From the NCBI GenBank assembly GCA_963555755.3, contig OY820905.2, forward strand, positions 2,304,001 through 2,368,000: DNA of 64,000 bases, read 5' to 3'. Position 1 is the stretch's first letter; every line of letters starts with the position of its first letter. Of the stretch, positions 27,816 through 38,984 are shown one piece after another. Made by a program: the position numbers and the translations under genes. The stretch is from Nitrospirales bacterium. GTDB lineage: Bacteria; Nitrospirota; Nitrospiria; Nitrospirales; UBA8639. The notes beneath the pieces were generated by a model that was given only the letters and a program-made list of their open reading frames with translations, had not been told where the DNA came from and made no database searches.

Positions 27816-28330
27816 TGAATTTGATTCTCATTGGATATCGAGGGACGGGAAAGAGTACGGTGGGACGGTTGCTCGCCTCCCGCTTGGGATGGGAAACCGT
27901 ATCCACGGATGCGCTGATTATCCAACGAGCGAAGTTACCCATTCCAGAGATTGTGTCCCAATTTGGATGGGATCATTTCCGGGATTTGGAATCAGCCGTC
28001 TGCCAGGAATTGCGGGGAAAAGACCATTTGATCATCGACACTGGAGGCGGAATCATTCTCAGGGATGTGAATGTTGAGACGTTGAAACATTACGGGTTGT
28101 TGTGTTGGTTAACGGCAACCGTCGAGACAATTCGTCGTCGTATTGCCGGTGATTCTCAACGTCCGTCGTTAACGAGTGGCAAGACGTTTATTGAAGAAAT
28201 CGAAGAGGTGTTGCAGGAACGAACGCCAAAGTACCGAGCCGCCGCAGACCTTATCGTGGAGACGGATTCCGGTTCGGCAGACCAGATCGCGGATCAGGTG
28301 TTGGCGAAGTTTCGAGAGATGAAGGGCTAA
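27815..28330 (+). CDS. aroK: shikimate kinase
   Basis: LIGYRGTGKSTVG, FRDLE, TGGG, RPSL. Confidence 0.92.
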   Translation: MNLILIGYRGTGKSTVGRLLASRLGWETVSTDALIIQRAKLPIPEIVSQFGWDHFRDLESAVCQELRGKDHLIIDTGGGIILRDVNVETLKHYGLLCWLTATVETIRRRIAGDSQRPSLTSGKTFIEEIEEVLQERTPKYRAAADLIVETDSGSADQIADQVLAKFREMKG

Positions 28331-28381
28331 GGGTTCGCGCAAAAATACCTCCCCCTGTTTGGGTGCTGAGACGCCTGTCTA
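28330..28381 (+). repeat. MITE family B, left arm, abutting IS630
   Basis: agggttcgcgcaaaaatacctccccctgtttgggtgctgagacgcctgtc. Confidence 0.85.
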
Positions 28382-29497
28382 GTGTTTAATTGCTAATTTA
28401 AACTATATTATGTAATCTTGGCCTTATGCCGAGAACTGCACCCCACATAGAGATCCCCCCAGAGGACAAGAGAACGTTACGAAACCGGACAAAGAGCCGA
28501 ACATTGCCCAAGCAAACGGTGGACCGAGCGAAAATGATTTTGGAGAGCGAAGCGGGAAAACCGGTCAAACAGATCGCGCAGGAACTCACCACGTACCCCA
28601 ACAAAGTCATTTATTGGCGGCAACGCTATGTCGAGAATGGGCTAGCCGGCCTTCAGGACCAGCCCCGCTCGGGTCGACCACCCAAGTATGGTAAAACGTT
28701 TCGCAATGATCTGCTCAAGGTGTTAAGCCAACCGCCGCCCCAAGGGTTGGCCCTGTGGGACGGGCCTGCCGTGGCCGAGGAGTTGGAGGCACCCGTTGAC
28801 GCGGTCTGGAAAGTGTTACGCAAAGAAGGCATCAATCTGCAACGGCACCGGTCATGGTGTATCAGCACCGATACAAACTTTGCCAGCAAGGCCGCGGATA
28901 TTGTGGGGCTCTATTTAGCCCCGCCGGTCAACGCCATCGTGCTCTGTGTGGATGAAAAACCCAGCATTCAGGCCCTGGAACGAAAAACCGGCTATATCAA
29001 AACAGAGAGTGGAAAAGTCATCCGCGCCTACCAAAGCACCTATACACGACATGGCACGCTCAATCTCTTTGCTGCGCTGGAAGTCTCAACAGGAAAAATT
29101 CAGGGCAAAGTGACGCCAGAGAAAAAGCGAACGGATTTTCAAGCCTTTCTGGATGAAATTGTGGAGGAATACTCTCCAGCCCAAGAGATTCACGTCGTGT
29201 TAGATAATGACGGCACCCACAAGAAGAACGACGAGTGGCTCGCACGCCATAACAATGTCCACTTTCATTTTCCCCCGACATCCGCAAGCTGGCTCAATCA
29301 GGTCGAAATCTGGTTTGGGATCTTTTCCCGGAAAGCTCTCCGGGGCGCTTCCTTTGCCAGTCCTCACCAACTGAGACAGCGTATCGAAGATTTTATCGAA
29401 CACGACAACCCAAACGCCAAACCATTTAAATGGCGGAAAAGGGAAGTCAAGGGATCGCAGCTTAAAGATAATATAGCTAACTTAACAAATTAAACAC
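28382..29497 (+). mobile_element. IS630-family element; transposase 28426-29493
   Basis: IRs gtgtttaattgctaa / ttaacaaattaaacac; CVDEKPSIQALER, YTRHGT, LDNDGTHK, SASWLNQVEIWF; TA on the left, CA on the right. Confidence 0.92.
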
Positions 29498-29549
29498 CAG
29501 ACAGGTGTCTCAGCACCCAAACCGGGGAAGGTATTCTTGCGCGAACCCT
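29498..29549 (-). repeat. MITE family B, left arm in inverted orientation
   Basis: Reverse complement matches 60512-60563; similarity extends to 29579 vs 60483. Confidence 0.85.
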
Positions 29550-29590
29550 CCGTGGTGATGAGATATTTTTGTATTTTGCCAGGTGCGCTC

Positions 29591-29855
29591 AGGGTCCGTC
29601 ACGAAATAACCGGGACAATTGGGAGGCCCAGATTTGTGATCGGGGCAAGGCGCGACGAGGGAGCAGAGCGGGGCTCTGTGACCGAGGAGCAACGCTGCCC
29701 CGGGCCAAAGATGGGCCTCCCCGGAGGGCCGGACGCTTTTGGGCTCCGCCGGCGTCGCTCATCGCTTCCATACTCCCGGTATGCGCGCTCTTCGCTCCTT
29801 GGCTCGCTCCAAAATCGTCTCGGCCAATTGTCCCGGTTATTTCGTGACGGACCCT
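29591..29855. repeat. MITE family E (265 bp, 31-bp perfect TIR)
   Basis: agggtccgtcacgaaataaccgggacaattg ... caattgtcccggttatttcgtgacggaccct. Confidence 0.88.
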
Positions 29856-29856
29856 G

Positions 29857-30038
29857 AGGACCTGCGAGAAAATAACTTGATCAATATCGCGCCAAGATTT
29901 GGGTCGGATTTGGACGGAACGATTGAGAAACACTCGAGGCATAGCACAGCTATGGTGAGGGTGTTTCGATTGAGGCCCGTTCAAAGATGGCCCGAAGATT
30001 GGATGCGAGATTGATCAAGTTATTTTCTCGCAGGTCCT
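29857..30038. repeat. MITE family C
   Basis: Near-identical to 26012-26193, and followed by the same gagcttgcgcggacttttgtgatccaactgc tail. Confidence 0.9.
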
Positions 30039-30169
30039 AAGAGCTTGCGCGGACTTTTGTGATCCAACTGCCGATTCTAGGAGCATACATGATATCTATA
30101 TCCTCGGTTTACCAAATGAAGATCTTAAACCGTTTCTGTCCACAAATGTCCGTTCTATGAGATAAGGCT

Positions 30170-30664
30170 GTGAATTTTGACGCCGGACAAGAAGAACCCG
30201 CATGGCTCAATGATCAAGTCCTCTCCTGGATTGCCCTGGTCCTTGATAGTTATGTGCATTGGACTGGCGTGGAACTAATTAACCGAACTGGATCGCGTCG
30301 AGAACAAACCCAACGGCTGTTTTCTGCCCCATTCGTGGTGGCCTCTCATGGAATGGAGACCGACCCCATTCTGAATTACGGGAATGCTCAGGCGCTTCAA
30401 CTCTGGGAAATGGACTGGGAAGAATTTGTCACGACCCCTTCACGCTTAACCGCCGAACCCGTCAATCAAGAAGAACGCAGCCGGATGCTTCAACAAGCCT
30501 CCACGCAAGGACTGATACGGGATTATCGAGGAGTGCGCATTTCCCGAACTGGGAAACGGTTCCTGGTGGAACAGGCCACGGTATGGAATGTGATCGATCA
30601 CAACCAAAACAGGGTTGGGCAGGCCGTGACCTTTTCGACATGGACCCCTATATCGTCGCACTAG
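30170..30664 (+). CDS. MEKHLA domain protein
   Basis: APFVVASHG..DPILNYGN..AL.LWE, PSRLTAEP, YRGVRISRTGKRF, ATVWNV. Confidence 0.85.
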   Translation: MNFDAGQEEPAWLNDQVLSWIALVLDSYVHWTGVELINRTGSRREQTQRLFSAPFVVASHGMETDPILNYGNAQALQLWEMDWEEFVTTPSRLTAEPVNQEERSRMLQQASTQGLIRDYRGVRISRTGKRFLVEQATVWNVIDHNQNRVGQAVTFSTWTPISSH

Positions 30665-30782
30665 CAGGCTCTATTCGTCGTTGCAAACCTCTCTATCATT
30701 CTTTTAAGGTGACAACGAGGCTTGGGCACACGCACAAACCACCCAAACCACCAACATCAGCTGGGGGGAATGTTCAAAAAAG

Positions 30783-32006
<1,224 letters not shown>

Positions 32007-32141
32007 GTCTTTCCGAAGGGTCTCCAGCAAGGCCGCAGCCATTTTGACGCGCGGAGCGTACTCATAGTACGTGAGCACGGCAAAAGGGCGAGAACGCCGC
32101 TGGCGGCTTTTTTCAACATTCCCTTCAAAGAAAGGTTGTGT

Positions 32142-33221
32142 ATGATTCTGGCTGGAGACATCGGCGGGACGAAAACCTATCTTGCTCTATATGACTGGAA
32201 GCAAGACCGGGTCGAACCGACCCGTGAAGAAAAATTTTTTAACGCTGACTTTGAATCTTTTGAAGAAATCTTAAGTGAATTCCTGGCCCCTCCCGAGGAT
32301 CCACCAGACCCGTTTGAGGCGGAAGATGATGTGGACGACGATTCCTCATCAGACGATACGACCGAACCCGAGGAAAAACCAGATGAACCCCTAGAGAAAT
32401 CAATTGACGCAGCCTGCTTTGGGGTCGCCGGACCAATCATTGACAACCGATGTCGCGCGACCAACTTACCGTGGGAAATTGATGGACAATCCCTGACCAC
32501 ACACATCGACACCCCCAAGGTTCGTCTATTGAACGATGTAGAAGCGATGGCCTATGGCGTCCTCGTCCTCAGGCCCGAGGAAACCGAACTGGTCAACGGA
32601 CAGTCTCAAAAGAATGGGACGAAAGCGCTGGTTGCACCGGGAACCGGGCTGGGTGAAGCTATTCTGTTTTGGGATGGAGAAGGATATCACCCCATACCGT
32701 CAGAGGGAGGCCATGCCAGTTTTGCCCCAACCAGCGACATTGAAATTGATTTGCTGCGTTATATTCGCACGAGCTTTCTTCATGTGAGTGTCGAGCGGGT
32801 CCTGTCTGGTGATGGCCTTCATACGATCTATCAGTTTCTTCGGGACACCAAAAAAAATGAGCCCACGTGGTTTGCCGAGCTCCTTCTCACAGACGATCCA
32901 CCGACCCTGATTACCGAAGCTGCGTTGAACGGGAAACCGGACATTTGTGTGGAAGCACTGGAATTGTTCGTCTCAATTCTGGGGGCCGAAGCCGGCAATC
33001 TTGCCCTTAAAACCTTGGCCCGAGGCGGTGTGTACTTGGGAGGCGGGATCGTTCCACACATCGTGCCACGACTCAAAGACAAACGATTCGCTCAATCCTT
33101 CATTGCCAAAGGTCGTTTTAAGCGCTTATTGAGTACATTCCCAGTCCATGTGATCCTGAACGATCAGGCAGGTTTACTAGGCGCAGCATCCATTGCGGCC
33201 ACCATGGCACACTCCTCCTAA
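32142..33221 (+). CDS. glk: glucokinase
   Basis: LAGDIGGTKT, GVAGP, TNLPW, LLNDVEA, PGTGLG, SEGGH, ERVLSG, GGVYLGGGI. Confidence 0.93.
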   Translation: MILAGDIGGTKTYLALYDWKQDRVEPTREEKFFNADFESFEEILSEFLAPPEDPPDPFEAEDDVDDDSSSDDTTEPEEKPDEPLEKSIDAACFGVAGPIIDNRCRATNLPWEIDGQSLTTHIDTPKVRLLNDVEAMAYGVLVLRPEETELVNGQSQKNGTKALVAPGTGLGEAILFWDGEGYHPIPSEGGHASFAPTSDIEIDLLRYIRTSFLHVSVERVLSGDGLHTIYQFLRDTKKNEPTWFAELLLTDDPPTLITEAALNGKPDICVEALELFVSILGAEAGNLALKTLARGGVYLGGGIVPHIVPRLKDKRFAQSFIAKGRFKRLLSTFPVHVILNDQAGLLGAASIAATMAHSS

Positions 33222-33227
33222 CCCCTG

Positions 33228-33350
33228 AGGGGAAGTTCAAAAAGGTGCGCTCAGCAAGGCCGCAGGCGCTTTGGCGCGCGGAGCGTACGGGAGTACGTGA
33301 GCACGACAAAGGGCCGAGAACGCCGCTGACGCCCTTTTTCAACTTCCCCT
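33228..33350 (+). repeat. MITE family D, intact
   Basis: aggggaagttcaaaaagg...cagcaaggccgca...gagaacgccgctg...ctttttcaacttcccct. Confidence 0.88.
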
Positions 33351-33441
33351 GTTGCTTTTGAGGTTTCATGAGAACCGTCACCTAAGAACGGCAATATAGA
33401 AATTTTTTATAATTCAACACCCCCCATGAGAGAATCCTTAC

Positions 33442-34134
33442 ATGACTGAAGCACAGGAAGCAGGAAAACACGCGGCAGGCGAAGCGGCACTACAATATGT
33501 CCCGGACGGAGCCCTCGTTGGTCTAGGCTCGGGCTCAACAGTCAAATATTTCTTGCTGGCACTGGGAAAGAAAGTTAAATCCGGCTTTCGCGTTCAAGGA
33601 ATCCCCACTTCGCAAGAAACCGCTCGGTTAGCCAACGAATTGAATATTCCACTTCTCCCGAATGAAGGAGACTGGAAACTCGATCTTGCCGTTGACGGAG
33701 CCGACCAGGTAGATCCGCAATTCCAACTGATTAAAGGCGGGGGCGGCGCGTTGTTGCGTGAAAAAATCGTGGCCTCAGCGGCCCGTCAGTGTATCGTTAT
33801 TGTGGACGAGGCCAAATGGGTTCCGGTTCTGGGCATGCCCTGGCCTATCCCGGTTGAAGTCATCCCATTTGGATGGCCGAATACCCAACGCCAGATTCAA
33901 GCATTAGGGTGGTCTTCCAGCCTGAGGAAGAAGAACCATAAGGTGTTCAGAACGGATGAAGGAAATTTCATTCTAGATGTGGAAGTAGATCGCATTGAAG
34001 ACCCAACCATCCTTGAGGCCCAACTCAACGGCATTCCCGGCGTTGTGGAAAACGGATTGTTTGTCAACCAGACTTCGATCGTGATCCTCGGTGGTACGGA
34101 CGGGGTCACCATTAAAGAACGACCCGTCTTTTGA
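33442..34134 (+). CDS. rpiA: ribose-5-phosphate isomerase A
   Basis: GLGSGST, VDGADQV, IKGGGGALLREKIVA, PVEV, PGVVENGLF. Confidence 0.96.
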   Translation: MTEAQEAGKHAAGEAALQYVPDGALVGLGSGSTVKYFLLALGKKVKSGFRVQGIPTSQETARLANELNIPLLPNEGDWKLDLAVDGADQVDPQFQLIKGGGGALLREKIVASAARQCIVIVDEAKWVPVLGMPWPIPVEVIPFGWPNTQRQIQALGWSSSLRKKNHKVFRTDEGNFILDVEVDRIEDPTILEAQLNGIPGVVENGLFVNQTSIVILGGTDGVTIKERPVF

Positions 34135-34224
34135 ACATTCAACCCTCTCTCCTTCGCTTCCACCATATTCATGGTACCTTCTTTCCCAGCTTTGATACGT
34201 GGTGTCCACCACTCCATTCGATTA

Positions 34225-34383
34225 AGGGCTCGCGTAAGAATAACTTCCCCTATTTGGGTGCTGAGACACCTGTCTGGCAAGGCGCGAGGACTGCGCATAC
34301 TCTCGGTATGGAAAGGACGAGCAACGCCGCCAGACGGGATGGATCGACGCCCAAATAGGGGAAGTTATTCTTACGCGAGCCCT
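34225..34383 (+). repeat. MITE family B, intact (159 bp)
   Basis: TIR agggctcgcgtaagaataacttcccc / ggggaagttattcttacgcgagccct. Confidence 0.9.
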
Positions 34384-34507
34384 AAGGGTGACAAAAACCC
34401 CTTTCAACAAATTTTCTTTCAATCCTGGGCTTCTACCAAGGAACAGTGAATGTTACAATAGTCCTAGAAATGGCAGTTGGATCACAAAAGTCCGCGCAAT
34501 ACATCCC

Positions 34508-36025
34508 ATGAATCATTGTCTGAATCCCTTTACCACATCCAGATGGGTCTTGAGTCTGTTGACCAGTTTTCTATTGGCCGTGACCGTGCAGTGCTCTGAA
34601 GCTCCTGAGGACACGCGGCTGATGGCCAACGCAACCGTACAACCCACGCTGCAAACGTTCACGCAAGATCCCATGCCCACGGTCCAACCTGTGGGAGTCC
34701 CGTTCCCGGCGAACGAGACATTTATTCGGGTGTCCAAAGATACCATGGCTTCCGTAGTCAACATTTCATCCACTCGCAAAAAAGAAGAACCCAACCAGCG
34801 CAATTCACTACCCTTTTTTGACGATCCGTTTTTTCGCCGATTTTTTGGAGAGGAATTTGAGCATCGATTCCGCAAACAGCAGCCCAGGCAAGAGCAAGGA
34901 TTGGGATCAGGGGTTATCGTTTCTTCGGATGGCTATATCGTGACCAACAATCATGTGGTGGAACAAGCTGATACATTAACGGTGCTGCTGGGGGATAAGC
35001 GAGAGTTTTCAGCAAAACTGATTGGGACTGACCCTAAGACTGACCTCGCGGTTATTAAAATTGACGAAACCCATCTGCCGACGTTGCGGTGGGGCAACTC
35101 GAACAATCTCCAAGTTGGGGAACTGGTGCTGGCTGTGGGCAATCCCTTTGGCCTGAATCAAACCGTCACCATGGGCATTATCAGCGCCATTGGCCGAGCC
35201 AATATGGGGATTGTGGATTATGAAGATTTCATTCAAACCGATGCTGCGATTAACCCGGGAAATTCCGGGGGGGCACTGGTCAATCTTCAAGGCGAGTTGA
35301 TTGGGATTAACACGGCGATTTTTTCTCGAACCGGTGGGTACATGGGAATCGGTTTCGCCATCCCGAGTAACATGGTGAAAAACGTCATGAACAATCTCGT
35401 CGACCATGGAAAAGTGATTCGAGGTTGGCTCGGAGTTTCGATACAACAATTGACTCCAGAACTGGCTGATCAGTTTGGATCCCCGGATGCTTCCGGCGCA
35501 TTGGTCGGGGATGTTGTCAGCGGAAGTCCCGCGGAAAATGCTGGCCTCCAGCGAGGCGATATTATACGTCACTACAACGGCACGAAGGTCAAAGATCCCA
35601 CACACCTTCGCTCCCTTGTTGCCGAAACGTCTCCAGGGACCAGTACATCGGTTTCAGTTCTGCGCCATAACTCCCCCCAGGAACTCTCCGTGGCCATTGG
35701 AGAATTACCCAGTGATCTCACAGCCATGCGAAGCTCAGATCCTGATCAGCAGAAGAACCACGCGTTGTCTGGGATCATCGTCGAACCCGTCCCGCCTGAT
35801 CGTGTACCCAAAGACGAAGGGGTATTGATTAGTCGCGTTCAGCCCGACAGTGCCGCCGTGCGCGCCGGACTCCGGCGGGGTGATATTCTCATGGAAATAA
35901 ACCGAAGCCCGATCCGCCATGTTGACGATTTCCACCGACTCACCCGTGACCTAGGACCCAAAACGCCTGTCTTGATCTTGCTCAAACGCGGGAATGGCAC
36001 GATCTATGTATCCATAAAACCCTAA
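34508..36025 (+). CDS. DegP/DegQ (HtrA) serine endoprotease with two PDZ domains
   Basis: GLGSGVI, TNNHVV, TDLAVIK, QTDAAINPGNSGG; start uncertain. Confidence 0.92.
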   Translation: MNHCLNPFTTSRWVLSLLTSFLLAVTVQCSEAPEDTRLMANATVQPTLQTFTQDPMPTVQPVGVPFPANETFIRVSKDTMASVVNISSTRKKEEPNQRNSLPFFDDPFFRRFFGEEFEHRFRKQQPRQEQGLGSGVIVSSDGYIVTNNHVVEQADTLTVLLGDKREFSAKLIGTDPKTDLAVIKIDETHLPTLRWGNSNNLQVGELVLAVGNPFGLNQTVTMGIISAIGRANMGIVDYEDFIQTDAAINPGNSGGALVNLQGELIGINTAIFSRTGGYMGIGFAIPSNMVKNVMNNLVDHGKVIRGWLGVSIQQLTPELADQFGSPDASGALVGDVVSGSPAENAGLQRGDIIRHYNGTKVKDPTHLRSLVAETSPGTSTSVSVLRHNSPQELSVAIGELPSDLTAMRSSDPDQQKNHALSGIIVEPVPPDRVPKDEGVLISRVQPDSAAVRAGLRRGDILMEINRSPIRHVDDFHRLTRDLGPKTPVLILLKRGNGTIYVSIKP

Positions 36026-36200
36026 GAGCCTGCCCGAGATTACGGATCACGGTTCAAGATTTTTTCATCAATCATTCCCCATCGCGGAGTCCCTTGATTG
36101 CACTCCAACTCAGAGGAATGGTAGAGTCTTTTCCGCATGTCGTATGAACAGGAGCATGTGATTGGTTCACGCTTCATCTGTGCGGTAGGCACAGATGTAA

Positions 36201-36344
36201 AGGGTACCTCTAAAAACCAGGCATTTTTTGTGAGAGCAAGGAAGCCGCGCGCGGAAAACCGGAGTGTATGGGCGAATACATGAGGATTTGAGCACGCGGC
36301 TGACGCCGCCATCACGGAAAAGGACGGTTTTTAGAAGGTGCCCT
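36201..36344 (-). repeat. MITE family A, intact
   Basis: Reverse-complement copy of 42851-42993. Confidence 0.9.
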
Positions 36345-36357
36345 AAACATAATCGAC

Positions 36358-36435
36358 GGTCCCATCGTCTAGCTTGGCCTAGGACGGCACCCTCTCAAGG
36401 TGCAGACACGGGTTCAAATCCCGTTGGGACCACCA
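36358..36435 (+). tRNA. tRNA-Glu (CTC)
   Basis: Acceptor ggtccca/tgggacc, anticodon arm gcacc-ctCTCaa-ggtgc, T arm ggttcaaatcc, encoded CCA. Confidence 0.96.
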
Positions 36436-36653
36436 GCCTCCGCTCTTCGAGCTTCGGCTGGAAGATCAGAAAAAATCTGAAGCGGAGGCTGTCCGCCGGC
36501 CATAGGGAAGGTGGACTGGTTCAAACTTTCTCCTAAACTCTCCACTACTCCCACCTTTCCTTCGTTATGAAAAACCCAACACTGTTTCGCTTGGCTTTCA
36601 ATTTCAAAGGTAAGCTCGGCATATAGACGTATTTTTTTAAAGGACACAAAACC

Positions 36654-37754
36654 ATGAGATCGTTTCATGATGGAGCTCAGGACGGACTCGAACCCTTAGA
36701 AGCACTAGATCCGTCAAAAATTCAATCCTTCTCGGACCTGCTTATTGCCATGCAAAAAACCGCCTTTGGTGGCCGTCGTCTTGGCGAAGCATTCGACATT
36801 CTGAAAGCCATGATCCACGACCCGGACTGCTTCGTCGTCATGACACTCTCCGGCGCCATGACCATCGCCAAGATGGGGAAGATCATGTGCACGATGATCG
36901 ATCGTGGCATGGTCCAAGCCGTGATTTCCACCGGCGCGCTTATTGCCCATGGCCTGAGCGAGGCAGTGGGGCAAACGCATTACAAGTATCATCCCTCGAT
37001 GAATGATGTGGATTTGTTTAATAAAGGCTACAACCGAGTGTATGACACCTTGGAAATGGAATTGAATCTGAATCATGTCGAACAGCTCACCGGAGAAACC
37101 CTCAATCGCCTCGATCCGGATCAACCGCTCTCGTCTGAACTGCTCACGCGTGAACTTGGGAAAACATTGGCGAATGAATACGAAGGGCCAGGAATTTTGA
37201 AAAGTGCATTTCTGAAAAAGGTGCCGGTATATATTCCCGCGTTTACAGACTCTGAGCTTGGCTTAGACGTGTCCATTTGGGCCATGGGAAAACATCGGGA
37301 AGCAACATCAGCACCAGAGACAGAAACTTCGGATGTTCAAAAGGTTTGGAATTCCTTGAAGCAACACCATGCCGCCTTCAACCCCTTTTTAGATCTCAAC
37401 AGTTACACGGAACAATTATTGGGCGCCAAGCGGCTTGGCATTTTCACCATCGGTGGCGGCGTGCCCCGCAATTGGGCACAACAGATTCCTCCGTATATTG
37501 AAATTCTCAATTTGAGACTCGGGACGGAGATCACACCACCACGTTTCCACTACGGGGTACGCATCTGTCCTGAACCGGATTATTGGGGAGGCTTGAGCGG
37601 ATGCACGTACCAAGAGGGAGTCTCATGGGGTAAATTTGTTCCCCAAGAAGAAGGAGGCCGATTTGCCGAAGTGCTGAGCGATGCAACCGTGGTCTGGCCG
37701 TTATTACTAATGGGATTACTTGACGAAGACAAGCCTCAAGCCGATGAAAAATAA
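36654..37754 (+). CDS. deoxyhypusine synthase-like protein (probable homospermidine synthase)
   Basis: TAFGGRRLGEA, TLSGAMT, PAFTDSELG, IGGGVPRNW, GGLSGCTYQEGVSWGK, DATVVWP. Confidence 0.88.
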   Translation: MRSFHDGAQDGLEPLEALDPSKIQSFSDLLIAMQKTAFGGRRLGEAFDILKAMIHDPDCFVVMTLSGAMTIAKMGKIMCTMIDRGMVQAVISTGALIAHGLSEAVGQTHYKYHPSMNDVDLFNKGYNRVYDTLEMELNLNHVEQLTGETLNRLDPDQPLSSELLTRELGKTLANEYEGPGILKSAFLKKVPVYIPAFTDSELGLDVSIWAMGKHREATSAPETETSDVQKVWNSLKQHHAAFNPFLDLNSYTEQLLGAKRLGIFTIGGGVPRNWAQQIPPYIEILNLRLGTEITPPRFHYGVRICPEPDYWGGLSGCTYQEGVSWGKFVPQEEGGRFAEVLSDATVVWPLLLMGLLDEDKPQADEK

Positions 37755-37850
37755 ACTCAGCATCAGGGAATAATTTTTCAAAAAATTTGACAGATATCAG
37801 GTCTACGCCCACAATGAATTAACGTATTAGCCTGAGTAAGAGGACACCAT

Positions 37851-38561
37851 ATGCTTGTACATTTTATACAACGATTTTCGGCGAACCTGTATCAACACAT
37901 ACTCGCGGCTAGACTCTTCCAAACCCTTGTCGTACTTGCCGTACTCTTGCTGACCGCACTCCCTGCAAGTAGCCAAGATGATACGTTCCTGCTTCGCGAA
38001 GACGATCGAGTCCGTGGAGATCAACAGGCTCCCGTCACCCTTTTGGAATATTCCGATTTCACCTGTGGGTTCTGCGAAAAGTTTTTCCAAGAAACCTGGC
38101 CTCTGCTCAATTCTGAATACATCAAAACCGGCAAGCTCCGGCTCATTTACCGGGACTTCCCCAGAGCAATTAGCGGGCCGAGCATCGACACAGCCATGGC
38201 GGCCCGATGCGCGGGGGAACAAGGGCAGTATTGGTCCATGCATGACCGGTTGTTCTCCAGCCGTCGGAAATTTTCTTCTGACCAACTGCAACAACAAGCT
38301 GAAGATCTGCGGCTGAACATCCGACAATATAGTGAATGCGTCCAAGCGGAACGATATATGGAGTCCATTTATCGCGACCGAATGGAAGGGGGCAGCATCG
38401 GCGTACGGGGAACCCCCCATTTTATTTTGTATTTAACGCACAACCCGGAGGCTGGTCCCTTATTAGTCATCCCAGGAGCACTCCCCTTTGATACCTTTCA
38501 AGAACACATCGAAAAGCTTTTGCAGCAGGCTTCAACACAGAAAAGTTCCGGAGCTCTGTAG
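37851..38561 (+). CDS. DsbA-family thioredoxin-fold protein
   Basis: APVTLLEYSDFTCGFC, RDFP, GVRGTP. Confidence 0.88.
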   Translation: MLVHFIQRFSANLYQHILAARLFQTLVVLAVLLLTALPASSQDDTFLLREDDRVRGDQQAPVTLLEYSDFTCGFCEKFFQETWPLLNSEYIKTGKLRLIYRDFPRAISGPSIDTAMAARCAGEQGQYWSMHDRLFSSRRKFSSDQLQQQAEDLRLNIRQYSECVQAERYMESIYRDRMEGGSIGVRGTPHFILYLTHNPEAGPLLVIPGALPFDTFQEHIEKLLQQASTQKSSGAL

Positions 38562-38726
38562 CCTGGTTGTCCATGAAGGTAGGAAGGCGAACCAGCTTTC
38601 AGAGAGGCGCTGGGAACCCAATCGAAGAAATAGGTATTGAAAAGTTGAGGAAGCGGACCTATTCTTGAAATAATACATTCGCTACGGTGTTCTTTTTTGA
38701 GTCATTTTTTTTAATAGGCGAGATCA

Positions 38727-38978
38727 ATGTCAGAGACTCAAACATTTTGGGCTGTTGAATGTGCAGAGGGTGATCCCGATTTCTTTGTGTGCATGGACTG
38801 TCTTAACGAGGTGTATCGGAGGAAAGTTCCCACGGAGTGTCACGGTTGCGGCGCCATTTCATCGTTTGAACCGTTTGCCCTCGACTCGATCAACGATTGG
38901 GGAACCGAAGAACTCATCGCTAAAGCTCAACACGCATCTTCTGAAGACCCGACTCCGACAGAACCTTCCTCTGTTTAA
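38727..38978 (+). CDS. small CxxC...CxxC metal-binding protein
   Basis: CMDC and CHGC motifs, acidic composition. Confidence 0.7.
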   Translation: MSETQTFWAVECAEGDPDFFVCMDCLNEVYRRKVPTECHGCGAISSFEPFALDSINDWGTEELIAKAQHASSEDPTPTEPSSV

Positions 38979-38984
38979 GCCTCC

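Noticed and set aside
29510..30014. ORFs within MITEs (also 34131-34449, 36040-36315, 50305-50691, 60412-60886)
   Set aside because: Translations of repeat sequence that recur at each copy; no RBS or domain support.
36358..36520. Integrative element at tRNA-Glu
   Set aside because: No integrase and no duplicated tRNA 3' end found; only a short palindromic spacer follows.
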